Positions 38,253 through 51,208 of a DNA stretch of 64,000 nt are shown one piece after another. The stretch covers positions 1-64,000 of the forward strand of contig NW_021833064.1 in the NCBI RefSeq assembly GCF_006345805.1, written 5' to 3'. The DNA comes from Octopus sinensis. Its lineage: Eukaryota. The translations under genes and the position numbers were made by a program. Under the pieces are notes generated by a model. That model did not search any database, was not told the DNA's origin, and saw only the letters and a program-made list of their open reading frames with translations. The stretch's first letter is position 1. Each line of letters begins with the position of its first letter.

Positions 38253-38870
38253 TTAATTCCGTCGTTGGAGAACCTGTCGATAGTGACAGGCCTTCTTGTG
38301 CAGAAGGGAGATGTTCCTGGTTTGCAGTGTCTCTTTATTCCTCAACTCGAACAACTCCTATCAATGCAATGCATGTCCCACCGAGCGAAGTCTTCCGTTC
38401 TCTTCTGACAGTTTTTTATACCGACTGAGTAGTTTGTCCTTTCCTGGGGAGTCCATCATGGCCAAGTCCTTTCTACACTGGGACAACTGAGCCTGCAGTT
38501 GCTTCTGTTCAGATGAACTACTTTGAATAGCTGTCTGCACGCCTAAGAAAAATTGAATAAAAACCATTTGAATTTCGTTCGAGCATGTCAAGTCGACCAA
38601 TTCATTGTTCAGTCGGTGTGTCGATTTAAGTATATTGGACTTGCACTTATTCTAAGGAGTGAATATTAGACAAATAAACAAGTCGGTCGGGGATTGTAGC
38701 CATCAGTTGGTCACATTTTTGAGTCAGTCGGTCAACAGCCAACGTCAGAGAATCTATTTTGAGGGATGATGAGATAAGGAGTTTATTAAGTCCTTGGAAT
38801 AGCTTCTGACGGTCTTGTCTTAGGTGTGTGTTCTCTTTTGTTATTATTCGTCTTTTTGAGTTCTTATTCT
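38253..38870 (-). CDS. Coiled-coil protein with micro-introns, weakly WTAP/Fl(2)d-like; 5' end not resolved
   Basis: Introns 38652-38679 (28 nt), 38535-38564 (30 nt) and 38358-38381 (24 nt) join open exons ending LQRRN*; DSPGKDKLLSRYKKLSEENGRL motif. Confidence 0.6.
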
Positions 38871-39239
38871 GCACAAAATTGAATAAAGTAAAAGAACAGG
38901 GGTAGTGAAATGGGAAAATGACTTGTTCACAGAACGAGGGTTACTTGGGTAGATTGAGTTATCTATATAAGTAGACAGTTATCAACATGCCTCGTTGTTG
39001 TGAAAAACGACCATTTCTACACCTCATTATTGTGATCGCGCCTTTATTTATATGTTATAATATAAATACAAAATATTTTTTTAAAAAACTCGTACATTTA
39101 TAAGATCAAATAGTTTAATTATTAAGTGATAAAACCACAGACAAAAATTATATTGAAGTGCCAACGCATAAGATGGCCTGGCTGTTCCCCCTCACGAGCT
39201 CCAACGAAAGATGGCGAGTTTCGTCGGGGTATTTACTTT

Positions 39240-40740
39240 TATTAGCGATCTTCGTATAAAAAACAAAACAATTTTACGTTTTCAATGTTTTTCAATGCGT
39301 TGTTGCTTTTGAATGAGAAATTCTCAAATGTGCAAGTGGACAAGTTAGGCAAGAGTCTTCGGGTATACTCAACGAACCACTTGTTATTCATAAACGATTT
39401 AAAAGTGTTTGCTCTAAAGGAAGACACTGTAATGGGCAAGTTTGATAATTCTTTCAAACTGCCGGATTGGAGAAAAATGCTGAAAAGTCTGCAATTAATC
39501 TTGAAGGGTTGAGTGGCAAAGTCACGCTGCTTGACTCGATTGATGGCTACCTTGGAGTATTCGCAAACAAAGATAGGAGCATTCTAAAAAAATGATACGA
39601 TGAACTTAATTTCGGATGCAGTCGAGGAGAGAATTAATAGCCGGCCAGATTCTAAGCTAAATTCTGAAAATTTTTTCAAGACTGTCCTACTACATCGGGC
39701 TGATGTAGAAGCATGCGAATTTGGAGGTGCTTTGGGCTACCGGATATTGAAAAAAAACTTAAATTTAGAGAAATTGGGACCAAAATGTCATTAATCATGT
39801 TTTTATGAGTTAATTATCATTAGTAGGGTTTCCGAATTGGATGCAGAACTCATTGATAAAAAATCATGGAAACAATGCTTTTAAGCAGAAAATTGATAGA
39901 TTTGACCTTCGATAATTGCCAGTTATCTATGTTTTAAGATTTATAAAATGGAAGGGATGAAGTTACTTCTATGGTTTATCAAATTTGTTGCAACTGTGAT
40001 GGACAGGTGAAATATTCATCTACACTACAACATATGGGGTAAAGAAGTGCATATTACAGGGTGACAGTATGACTCCATTCCTGTTTGTTTTCTGCCTAGA
40101 AACGTTGAGTAGAGTCCTCACTCCTCAATGCAAACAAGGCGTAAACTGAGCAACATTGTCCACTTAAATGAGCGAATTTTCAATAAAATCACGACACTTT
40201 GTGGAGTGGATCAAGTTTATTTCAGAGGAAGGCTGGCATCCTTTCTGTTGAAAAAGCGCGTGGTACACACGTTGGGATCATAAAAGGTTACGTGTCGGCT
40301 AAGTATAGGCTAGATGCTACCAAGGTTAATGTGAAAGAGTTAATCAAATTTCAAATGGAATTCATAATACAAAAGATCAATATAAAATTCCTTCACAAGA
40401 CTCTCTTTAAAATCCTGAACACCTGAACATTAACGCATTGTCAACATCAAAGTGGCTAAAATTTTGGAATAACTCTCCCCGATCAGAAGGGTTATTCTCA
40501 TATTTGAAAACAGAATTTTTTCAATAGTCAACGGAAACAGCATGCCCACTTTAAAAGTAAGGCGCTGACAGTTGACCGCTTAGTAACAAAGTGCGAGAGT
40601 ATACTGTACCATGATTATATATGAAGACATAACGAGGTGGTGAGGTCCATTCATCTTCTGCTCTGCAATAAGTATGGCTTGAAACGGTTCAGAAAGTTGC
40701 AAAATCATTGAAACAATGCAATACTTTTAAGCAGAAAAGT
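39240..40740 (+). pseudogene. Fragments of an R4/Dong-like RT+RLE retrotransposon
   Basis: NHLLFINDLKVFA and RHNEVVRSIHLLLCNKYG motifs, heavily decayed. Confidence 0.6.
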
Positions 40741-40889
40741 GATTGATTTGATTAGGAGATTTTTATCGTGGAGGTGAGCATCAAAAAGTAATTATGGCCT
40801 TGAAAACGAGATAGGGCTATTACAACATGTAAAGTTTTATTTATATATTTTTTTTACAATAATGTGATTTATACAAGTAAAAAGATAGC

Positions 40890-41770
40890 TAAGCTAATTA
40901 ATGGCCTCACGAGACACCCGGCCAGCCTCGCGAATGGCGAAGCCGTTCCCTCGGATCACAGCAATCGACAGACGTTTCAGTGGCTTGTCCTTGAAATCCG
41001 TCGACCGAGCGAGCGAAGGAAGCGGAGTGTCTTGGGGCCGAAGATACCGGAGGACTCCACGGCAATTGGAGTAAAGAACAGCGAGTTGGAGAGGTGGCTG
41101 TACTTGAGAATCTTTCGGTCCTCGGCCTGCCTCGAAGCGTGCCCAGGACAGAGCAAGATTTCCCAGCGAGAACGTGTCCGAACAGGTAGAATCCCAAATA
41201 AGGGATTTCCCCTGCTTGTATGGGAAGGTGGACATGCCGTCTGGGCATTTGTCATCCCCTCTATCCAGTCCAACAGGTTCAAGGATTGACGGGACGCCAG
41301 CTGAAGCGAGGGCTTTCTGTATGATCGAGTTGAGTTCACTGTGACGGGGGGCACGACCGGCACTCCGACGGCAAGCAAGAGGGTGCAAAGCGTACTTGTC
41401 AACAGTTCCCCCCCCCCAGCGGAATTTGTGCGTCTGGCAGATTTTCAGCCCGACACGGAGGGAAATTACGATTCTTAGGCATTCCTTGTCCACCAGGTTC
41501 CCGATGGAAGGGAGAGGGAGAGCCTTTAACCAGACACCGCTGCCTTCGCAGCGACCAGCACGGAGGCAAGCGACACGGTGTTGATTGGAGACAGGAAGGA
41601 GGCCTTCGAAAATTGCCTGACAAGAGATTTCGTCCCATTGACGATGTACAGATTGAGAATTGGGCAGCTTCGAACCAAACCGAGCCTCCCACCGATCACG
41701 GGCTGCAGAGTAATCTTCAGACAATTTCCGTTCGGGGAGGTTTCTAAGAACGATGTCTGAGAGAGTACGA
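40890..41770 (-). mobile_element. CRE-like 3' portion
   Basis: ORF 40894-41724: LACRRSAGRAPRH, PDGMSTFP, WDSTC, IAVIRGN. Confidence 0.85.
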
Positions 41771-42515
41771 GAAGCGTAGTGGGCGGATAGGAATGCGGGG
41801 AGAGAAAGTCCACAAAATTTCGTGTGTGATGATATGTATGGACTGGTCAGTAAATACTACAACTTTGTACTTGAGATAGTTTAATGTAAATAAGTCTCTA
41901 CATGCTTATAACAGCCAATAAAGATTTTTCCCGACATTTAATCACCGAGAGGCGTTGGAATGCCCCTTCTCAGAGATCTAAAAAGTCAGATAAGACGAGG
42001 AAGTTGGGAAGGATTGCGTAGAGTACCAACACCTGTTTATTTCAAAGGCTCAGGACTTCAAAAAAGCTACAAAAAAGCTACAAAATAAAATATGCTCTAA
42101 CTAAAAAGTATTTTATTTAAAGGAAGAAGAACTAATCGAAGAATAGACTCCCACTCCTTTATTTACTGAGAAAACTATTTTGCAAGAAACGGATAGTCTC
42201 TAGGTACGAAATGTAGCAAATGTTGCAGTAAACCTGGCAAGCATATAAAAGTTGATGAGATTTAATGTATTAATTTTTTGTTCTATAACTATTGATCTTC
42301 CTGGGAATCCTGAATCAGAAGTATTCTCCGATTAATTCCCAGGAAAAGTCTATATTATTTTTCAAAATGCGGCCTTGAAAATTGTAGATCTCGAGCATTT
42401 TATGAAGGAATAGGTAAAATGCCCACGCAATACATTATAGAGTGCTGTTTAAATTTTTTTTGGCAAGTTAACCACTTTATTCTAAAAAAAGAATTCGGTC
42501 AAGTGTTCGAAGGCT

Positions 42516-42900
42516 TCATGGACGGGAAGCCGACGCGATCGAGAAAGAATTAGAGCGTACTATCGCAAGTGATATCCGCTCGAAAAACCATCTTGATTCG
42601 CGGGCGTCGCATGTGATAGCAGACATGCGGGACCCGATCTCCTGAACGAAGCTGATTGTCTTACCACCCAAGGAACCGGAAGTCTCAACCGCGAATGGAA
42701 GGAATTGGAACTTCTCCGTAAGTGAGGAGTACTTCCGCATCTTTTTGCATTCCGCGGTTGTGACAATAGATCCAGGGGCGGATGCGGACATCAGCAGGTT
42801 CTGAGGCGAGAAAGAGTCCACACACGTGGCATCCCAGGTAAGAGGCTTCCCCCTGTTGAAGGGAAACACAGTGATCCCGTCAGGCCTTTTTCCGTCCCCC
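42516..42900 (-). mobile_element. CRE-like RLE 3' fragment
   Basis: RPDG..FPF, WDATC, KMRKY, PFAVETSG, ISLAIVRSN. Confidence 0.85.
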
Positions 42901-43224
42901 GAAATTGTTTAAAATTGGAAGAAAAATTTGCTTTAGTTACCGGATCAGAAGCAGCTATTCTTTATTCATACTCTAGTTCTGTTATTATAAGTGTGCTTCC
43001 TTCGTGCATAGACAGTGATGATGATGTGTTTATGTACGAAGCGTATTCTCAATGGATCGCGTTTGGTGCTAAAACATCTCGAGGTCGTATTTTATCTACC
43101 TTTTGATTTGAAAATATAAAATGTTTGGAAGCTTATTAATACGTAGAAGCTTTGTAGCCTTCACATAATTTTTACAGCTATTTAATAAAGTTTTTGAACC
43201 AAAATCTTTTATCTAAATAAAAAC

Positions 43225-44050
43225 AACCTTTTGACAGCGTATGGCACCTGGGCCTCTTGAAAAGTGTCGCCGGATCTGTAGAACGGTCAATTGGTTGCGG
43301 AAAATGTTTGTCGGAATCTGTCTATCTCAAAAGAGGGGTACCTCAAGGCTCGGTCTTGAGCCATCTACTTTTTAATATTTACGTTGCTGATATTCCAAAA
43401 CCGAAACATCCTACCAGTCGTCTCATGATTTAAGCGGACGACATTCTAATAACGGATGCTTCGTGAGGAAATTAAAGGAAGAGTGTTGCATATCAAAAGG
43501 ACTGACACTCGCAAAAGAAAAGCGCACCGCTACTTGGATTGCAAAACAGGAAGCTAAGCGAAAACCGCCAAGAAACCTCCATGGGTTTACAGTAGCTGAG
43601 AACCTGAAATACTTTGGGGTTGATGTTGGATCCAAGGGTTCTTACTTCAGATACATCGACTCGAGGAGAAGGAAATGCGCTCAAATTCACTTACACCTTT
43701 GTCCGGAAACATTTTTATATGTTTATAAAACGTGCGTCGAACCATTGCTTACCTACGAGTTCGAGGGATGGTACCCTACTGCTGAGAGGGATGGCATTAT
43801 CACTAAGTTCGAAAAGACAAGATGATATGCCATCAAATTGGCAAGTGAACTCCAGCTGGACCAACCCATCCTTCAAGAAATGGAAGACGCGACGGAACGG
43901 TTGGAAGTGTTCTTGAGAGAGCCTTTTTCTCTCGAATCTCTAATTAAAAATAAAAAAGAGGGAAACAACGCAGAAGAGGCATACGTTGTCTCATTAACTT
44001 TCTCTCTCTTTTTCGGCTTTCCCTTTTAAATAAACTCATTCATTCATTCA
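43225..44050 (+). mobile_element. Decayed Jockey/I-group LINE 3' part with (CATT)n tail
   Basis: FDSVWHLGLL, RGVPQGSVLS; AATAAA followed by CTCATTCATTCATTC. Confidence 0.75.
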
Positions 44051-44259
44051 ATCTATTACAAAAGTATCAAATATTCACTTTAAGATGTTCAACTTTAAAA
44101 TATGAAGATATTAAATCTGTGAGCGATAAAGGAGACAATTAAAAAATTAAATTATTATGATACTTTTATTGAAACAGATAAATCCAAAAAACGATCTAAT
44201 TTGTTAGATTCATTTTTAAAAAATGTAGAATAAACTAAGAAATATAAATAAAATTGTTA

Positions 44260-44705
44260 ATGGCCTCACGAGACGCTCGACAGACGTTCCAAGAGCCAAG
44301 ATGACTCTCTAAAATCCTGTCTTATCTTTAATGTTCGTCGACCGAGCGAGCAAAGCTGAGAATCTTGGCCCCGAAGATCCTTAAAGACTCCAAAGCAATT
44401 GTACTAAAAATAAGCAAATTTGAGATGTGACCGTACTTGAGAATCTTGCGATACTTGGCCAGCCTCTTAGCGTGCCCAGGATCAACAGCGGACAGGTGTC
44501 TGAGCAGGTGGAATCCCAAATAAGGGATTTCCCCTGCTCGTAAGGGAAGGTGGACATGCCGTCTAGGCGTTTTGCCGTCTTTCTATCCAGGCCTACCGAA
44601 TTGAGGATTGACTGGACACTCGCAGAAGCAAGGGCTCTCTGTATGATTGCGTTGAGTTCACTGTAGCGAGGGGCACGACCGGCACTCCGAGGCGAAAGCA
44701 GATAT
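44260..44705 (-). mobile_element. CRE-like 3' fragment related to 40890-41400
   Basis: Shared TTAATGGCCTCACGAGAC terminus; GRAPRYSELN, WDSTCSDT. Confidence 0.8.
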
Positions 44706-44771
44706 GTTGTTTCAAAGAATTTAACGATCCACTCATCACAACAACGTATCTTTGGCCCCGGGTTTTTGTTA

Positions 44772-47664
44772 TTATTAATAAGCACCCCGCAAAATAACGT
44801 TAGTAAAGTTATCTCGCTTATGCCACCTTCTCCTGGATGCGTTTTGTTAATCGCTTCCAAGTCCCTCTGTTCCTCGATAGTTCCCTCAGGTGCTCAAGAT
44901 CGTCTGCTGATTTCAGCCCTTTTCCAATCAAAGTTATGTCCTGGTGCAGGAGGATTGGTAGAGTGATTCGTGGTCTTCATCGGAAGTTTGTTCCCGGATG
45001 GGGAGTGTAGTGGTGTTCCATTGCGAGATTTGCAGGAGTTTTCCTGTCCATTTTACGGTTGAGGTTGGTGACGCACCTCAAATTGCACTAATGTCTTTTT
45101 CATCCTTCTCAAACTCTCTGTTAGCAACATGTATTGCACATTTAATTTACAATTGTGCTTTAAGGATAAGACTAAATTATCCTGTAGTGGATAATTTAAT
45201 TACCTTTATAAAAGGACTTTGTCAAAGAATGATAGTCGAAGGCAAATATTTGCTGAAATAGGACTACCTCCTGAACCTATTGTTACTAAATGGGAAGGCT
45301 GTCTCTGAGCAATCAAGTACTACGCGGAAAATTTTCCAAGAGTGTTGGAAATATGCAATTCGCTGAAAGGGGAATCGCAGGAGTTTCCCTGTCCATTCTT
45401 AGGATGTGACCGAATAAGTCCCATCTATTACTTCTTATTTCTTCGTCCAACGGGTGTACATTGTACCTGGAGTAGAGATGTTTGTTTGAAATGCGTTTTG
45501 ACCAAAAGATTCCTAGGATGTATTTCAGCTGCATTCTGTGGAAAAAATTCAGATTTTCCATTTCCTGCACTGTGAGCGCCCAAAAGGAGGAGTTAGGCGT
45601 CTCTTTGGGGGGTGCCCTTGTTTGTTTCAAATACTCTGGATTTCTGGTTTCCGAGCTGGATAAATAGTTGAGTGGAGGAGAGTAGATAACGAATTATTCT
45701 GATGCAATCTTCCTCGAGTAGTGGCGTTAATATTTGTATCATCTTAATTCTACTGATTGAGTCAAATGCTTTAGATAGGTCGATTCCCATTATGTGGTAC
45801 TCTTCTTTATATTTTTGGCATGAAGCACACATCCATTTGTGGCTCCAAACAGCATCGGAAGTTGATCTTCCAGAGACGAACCCACTTTGGCTGGATCCGA
45901 TAAATTCACGTAGTGGGCCTTTAATTCTCTCCAAAGCAATTAGTGATAGAATTTTACGAAATGAGTTGAGTAGTATGATTGGTCGGTCTTAAGCTGTTTA
46001 GCTTTCCTTTTTCCTTCCCGGGTTTATGTAGGGGGATTAACTTTCTGATTCCGATGTTAATTTTGGATTGTTCTTCAAAAGTTTTGTTCAAAATGTAAGC
46101 AATAAGTTTTTGAAGCTCTTCATTTCATGAGCTCTGCATTAACATTATCTGGACTTGGAGTTTTTGAGTTGTTTAGTCTGGACACAGATTTTTTAACTTC
46201 CGATAAGGTAATTTCTTTAGATAGCTTTCTGGGCGCTCCATCGAAAGGGTAAAGCGTTTCTTCGTTTTCGAAATTGAAATATTTTTCAAAGTGGTCGGCT
46301 ATAGTGTCTGTGCGTTCCTAGTTGTAGTAAATAGTTCTTCCGAGTTCATCATGAATTGTTAGGTTTTCCGATTTCTTCTTTCGCGCTAGCATCTTTACAG
46401 ATGCAAACATTTGCGATTCGTTTTTGTACTTCCCCACTTCATTTGCAAGGTTTTGTAGCCTTGTTTCGTAGTTTTTCTGACATTTTTTCTTGATTTCTCG
46501 CATGATTTTGTTTCTTTGAATTTTGAACTCAGCTGCTTTCACTTGGTTTTGGGTATTTATGTGTTTGATACGTAGATCCTTTTGTATATGAGAGAGGGTC
46601 GTGTATTCCTTTGAAGGTTTTGGGAATTGTCCAATCGTATGTTTCGCCACTGATTTTATTTTGTTTTTGAGTTTATTCCACATACTTTCAGCAGGTAAAT
46701 TGAGATTTATCGATTCTATGGTTTGTGATATTTTAGCTGAGTAGTTATTTCTGTAGACAGGATAGTTTCTTAAGAGTTCGACTGCAAATCTGGCTTCTCT
46801 GTGTTTGTTTTTGACTCTGTTAATCCAAAATCTTCTCTTTAGGAAAAGTTTGATTACCAATAGTTTATGGTCACTCGATGTTAGCGTTCCTCTATATGTT
46901 CTGGCGTCACAGAGTAAAGCTTTCTGTGATTGTCGGGAAAGTATGTCGTCAATTTTGTTGTATATTTTGATTGAATGTCCGTCTGAGTTTCTGCGCTCTC
47001 CGATCCAGGTCGTGATATGCCTTGCAGTGTGTTGGAATGCTGTGTTGCAAATGAATAATTTTTTATTGTTCGCAAAGTTGGCCATAGTTGCTCCAGACAT
47101 GTTCCTCCAACCTCTCCCATGGGTACCCATGAAGCTCAGTTCTTTGGTCCCTTTTCCGATCTTCACGTTCCAATCTCCGCTTATGTAGAGTAGATAGCTC
47201 GTGGATATTTCCATAAGGGTCGTAGAGAGTGAACTATAAAAGTCATCCAGTTCCGTCGGGTTTTAGAGACTCTTGGAGAAGTAGGTACATATACATTTAT
47301 AATTGTAATTGTCGATTTACATCCAGTTTCCAATTGAATTAAGCAGATTCTGTCATTCACTTTCCATATTCTTTTTATATATTCCCGAAGTCTGATATCC
47401 ACCGCGAACCCCATTCCGTAGTGGTGACAGTCCGAGGGGAGCAAGATAAGCTCATGGTCAGCATTTTGTTCGTTGAGTCCTTCTTTGACTTTGGTCTCTT
47501 GCGGGCAGCGGATAGTGATGTTGTATCGTTTCAGATCCTGGCAGAGTGGCCTCCTTTTGACCGAAGACTTCAGCCCTCGAACGTTGAAGGATGCTAGCGT
47601 GAACAGAGAGTTTGAGAAGGGTGAAAAAGACATTAATGTAATTTGAGGTGCGTCACCAACCTCA
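44772..47664 (-). mobile_element. RTE-clade LINE with both ends present, an RT-internal deletion and a nested insert
   Basis: 14-bp TSD CCGGGTTTTTGTTA (44758-44771, 47665-47678); APE (SFNVRGL, QETK, GDWN, SDH), RT (QSGF, DLSKAFD, GTPQ); (TAA)n tail. Confidence 0.9.
45053..45376 (+). mobile_element. Chimeric insert: about 64 bp of the RTE's own 5' end, inverted, plus a hAT-like transposase fragment
   Basis: 21-bp flanking duplication (45032-45052, 45377-45397; 1 mismatch); TCIAHLIYNCA..IGLPPEPIVTKW..YY. Confidence 0.75.
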
Positions 47665-47794
47665 CCGGGTTTTTGTTAAATCAAAAATAATAAGGTTAAA
47701 ATTTGTAACTTTATAATTATAACTTTTTAACCTAATAATTTTGTTTAAAATACATTTATTTTAATAGAATATTGTTAAAAATTATTTTAATGAT

Positions 47795-48480
47795 GATCCC
47801 CTTGAGCCCGTGCTTTTTGCTGTAAGCGTTAATAGTATTGCCCACTCTGTCTTATCCCCTATTAACATTTGTTACCTGGATGACGCAACCATTTGTGGTC
47901 CTTCCGATGTTGTTTTTTGCTCTATTCTCTCTTCCCTTTCGGACATCGCCCTATCTATAAATGCGGACAAATCCGAAATTGTGAACATTCATTTAAACCA
48001 AGTCTGTTCACTGTCGCAACTTCCACACGCCCAAGTCAGAATTACAGCAAAACCGAATCTGACGATTCTCAGTGCTCCTATGGGTCCTTCTGCCCTTGAA
48101 TGCTCACTGTCTGGAAAATCTCAGATCTATCGAGTCTCATAAGGCTTTTTTCCTTTTTCGAAACTACTTTTCCGCCCCCAAGATCCTTTACACGTTAAGA
48201 TGTGCACTCTGTTTTTACAGAGGTGACCTTCTTTCTGACTTTGACCATCTCCTCAGACTCGGTACGAGCTCACTCTGCAATCTGGCCTTCTACGATCCAA
48301 GCTGGACCCAGGCATCTTTGCCTGTGCGCTGGGGCGGCCTTGGTATAAGATCCTATTCCGGAATTCCTATCCGCTCACTCTGCTTCTCTTTCTCGGGAAT
48401 ACGCAAATAGACTACAAGAAGCACTCGACGAAATTGTCACGACAAATCCTTGGAAATACGATATGAAATGGAGTGCACAG
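47795..48480 (+). pseudogene. CRE-like RT fragment
   Basis: DPLSPVLF, CYLDDATICG, ASLPVRWGGLG. Confidence 0.8.
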
Positions 48481-51208
48481 CTCTAAATGTTGTTGGATCC
48501 AAAACAACTCAAATTTTACAATAACGAGATATGCTTACTTTTAGAAAAGCATAAAGACCCGAGGCTAAGAATACAAAACTCAAGTAACCCTGAAAATATA
48601 GGGGAACTTCGAAAATAACGGAACTAGATATTACTAAATACAAAAAATAGATAATCGCTAATGTACAAAGAAATTGAAGAGCAACTTCAAAACATACTAA
48701 AGCAAAAAATGGGACAAAAATATTTATGGCTATAAGATTTTTAATCAAAAAAAGAGCCAAACTTGGCTGAGACAGAGGATCTCGATCAGCTATCCGCTTG
48801 GCTGGATCTAACCGTTCTTTAATTTGCAGATCGAACTTTTTCGGACTTTTTCCTCTTTATAATAAAATGTAGACATTAAAATGGAATATATCTTATTTTT
48901 TAAAAAAGAGAAATTACATTGAAAATATCTGCCTAATTCTAAAATCGTTATTTTCGGCAGAAAATTCTAAAGTAAGATGTTTCATCAAACAACTATAAGA
49001 TCGCTGATTATTTTTCTAAATAATTAACAAAAATAATATTGATTTTTTACATCATTGTTATGTGAAAGTTACTTTTTACGACTCGGAAAAGTCCTCAGGA
49101 AATGAAAAATTATGCTTCGTACATTCTGTCCTGGACAGCTAAGTAATCATGAATTAAAAACACGGAAATCAGAGATGTATTAAATTAAACATAAATTTAT
49201 AGAAAATCAAAGCAAGTTTTTTTTACTTTTGGTTTTTTCTACACCTCTTCATTTTTGATACTTTGAAAATTTGGCGCTCAAAAAACCGGAACGATTGTGA
49301 AACAAAAATGATGAACCTCTTTACAAAACTAGAATCGCAGATTGTATTCAAATTGTATTATACTATATCAAAAAAGACTAAAAATAACAAAAATTGAAAA
49401 CAGATGGCTCTAATGTGAATTGAAAACAGATGGCTCTAATTAAATCCCATCGAACATTTATTTGCAAAAATTAAAAATGATTTAAATAAAATTCGTCCGA
49501 AAGCAACAACAAGAAATCAGCTCTAAGAAAACATTAAGAAAGTTGCTGATAATTTGGAAAATTTTAATTTTACCTCCTATTTCGATCATATGTGGCAATT
49601 AATATATGGATACATCAATAATATAATTTATTGAAATTAACAGTTTGTTAACATTAACATTGAATTTTATATGAATTATTTATAATATTGGGATCGTTAT
49701 TTATCTTTTTGGGATTTGTATTTATAATATTAGGATCATTCTTTATAATAATAGGATTATTATTTATCTTTCTGGGATGCACTGTATTAGCTCTTTCAGA
49801 AATTAACAAAAGATTTATTCTAACCCAGGATTACCAAGAAAGAAAGTGAAGCTAACTTGATTAACCGATCCAGCTTTTCAATTTTCTTCGAATTCTCTCC
49901 AACAGTTCTTGGTTGTCTACGTCTTTGTCTGCAGAGGAATTCAATTGGAGTGCATTTTTTATTGACAGACCTGAATTCCTCTGCCTAGATCACCCTTTAT
50001 CTGATAGATTTTCTGGTTCCTTGCAGAAACGTAGGAAACTCCTTCCGTCCTTCAAAGTCGCCTAGTTGGAAACAAGGTCATGAAATGTTGGCGTCGTTGC
50101 TTATTACTGGCCAGATTTGACAGAAAAGCATTTTATAACCAATAAGCCACTCATGCTCTAATTTTATAGCCAATAGATTGTTCCATTCCCAAAAACAGTA
50201 AACAGCATCAAACATCGTGAGTATCTTATCAACTTATCCAAATTTTAGCTCTTCAAATAGGGGAAACCAATGAGTTTCTCTTTGCACTGATTGACGCAAT
50301 GCACATGGTTTCAGTAGCCTGCTTTTAGAGCGTACTTTGATTTTTTTCAAGCTTTGACTAGAAAACAGGCATGTCCGATAGCCGTCGTCGACGAGGGCAA
50401 GAGGAGTTTGAACAAGTCTCGGAGCATTAACGTCCCTGACAAGAGGCTTTTTCGTACAAAAAAATCTTTTCATCCCATCTTGGTGTTTTTTTAAACTTCA
50501 TTCTTTGTGAATAAAGTTTTAATTGAAAAAGATTGTTTTATTTTGTTTCAAATGGAAAAGTTGTTCTTTTAAATTATACTTGTCTCCTCAGTTTTATTTT
50601 GACAAATTTAATTCATGTAAATTTATCAGTTAAAAAATTATCCTAATCTCGTTTGAAGAAATATTTTTTCTAAAATAGTTATTTTAATCCAAAAAATAAT
50701 AGAAACCACACATCATCTCAAAATTAATCATAATTTTAGGATAAAACAGTTTTATTATAAAAATATAAAAGTGGCTTTGATAAACACTAAAAGACTTCAT
50801 TACGGAAATGCTTTCCAACCCCGCTATCACTCTGTTAGAAGTATTGAGATTTTCATTACTCAATATGTACTTTTGAGTCGGTGGGTCATTTCTTTTTATA
50901 ATTTGACACTTTTTAAGTTTTTTAACTAAGACCAATTCTTATCACGAATTCACACCAAAGCGCTCATTAATAGCAGTTGAATTTATTTCTCGTGTTTCAG
51001 TTGCCGCCATAAGAATACGCCGAAATAGACAGATATCCTAAGCGATGACATTTTATAATTAACTTTAACAGCCTTTGCGTATAATGAACCAAGAGATCGG
51101 TGGATGCATTCATAATTTTTCAAATCCTATAAATCACTAAAAAATCACACTTTGACATTCAAGAGAGATTTTTTAATTATAGAATTTTATTGAGTAATAA
51201 AAATTTAT

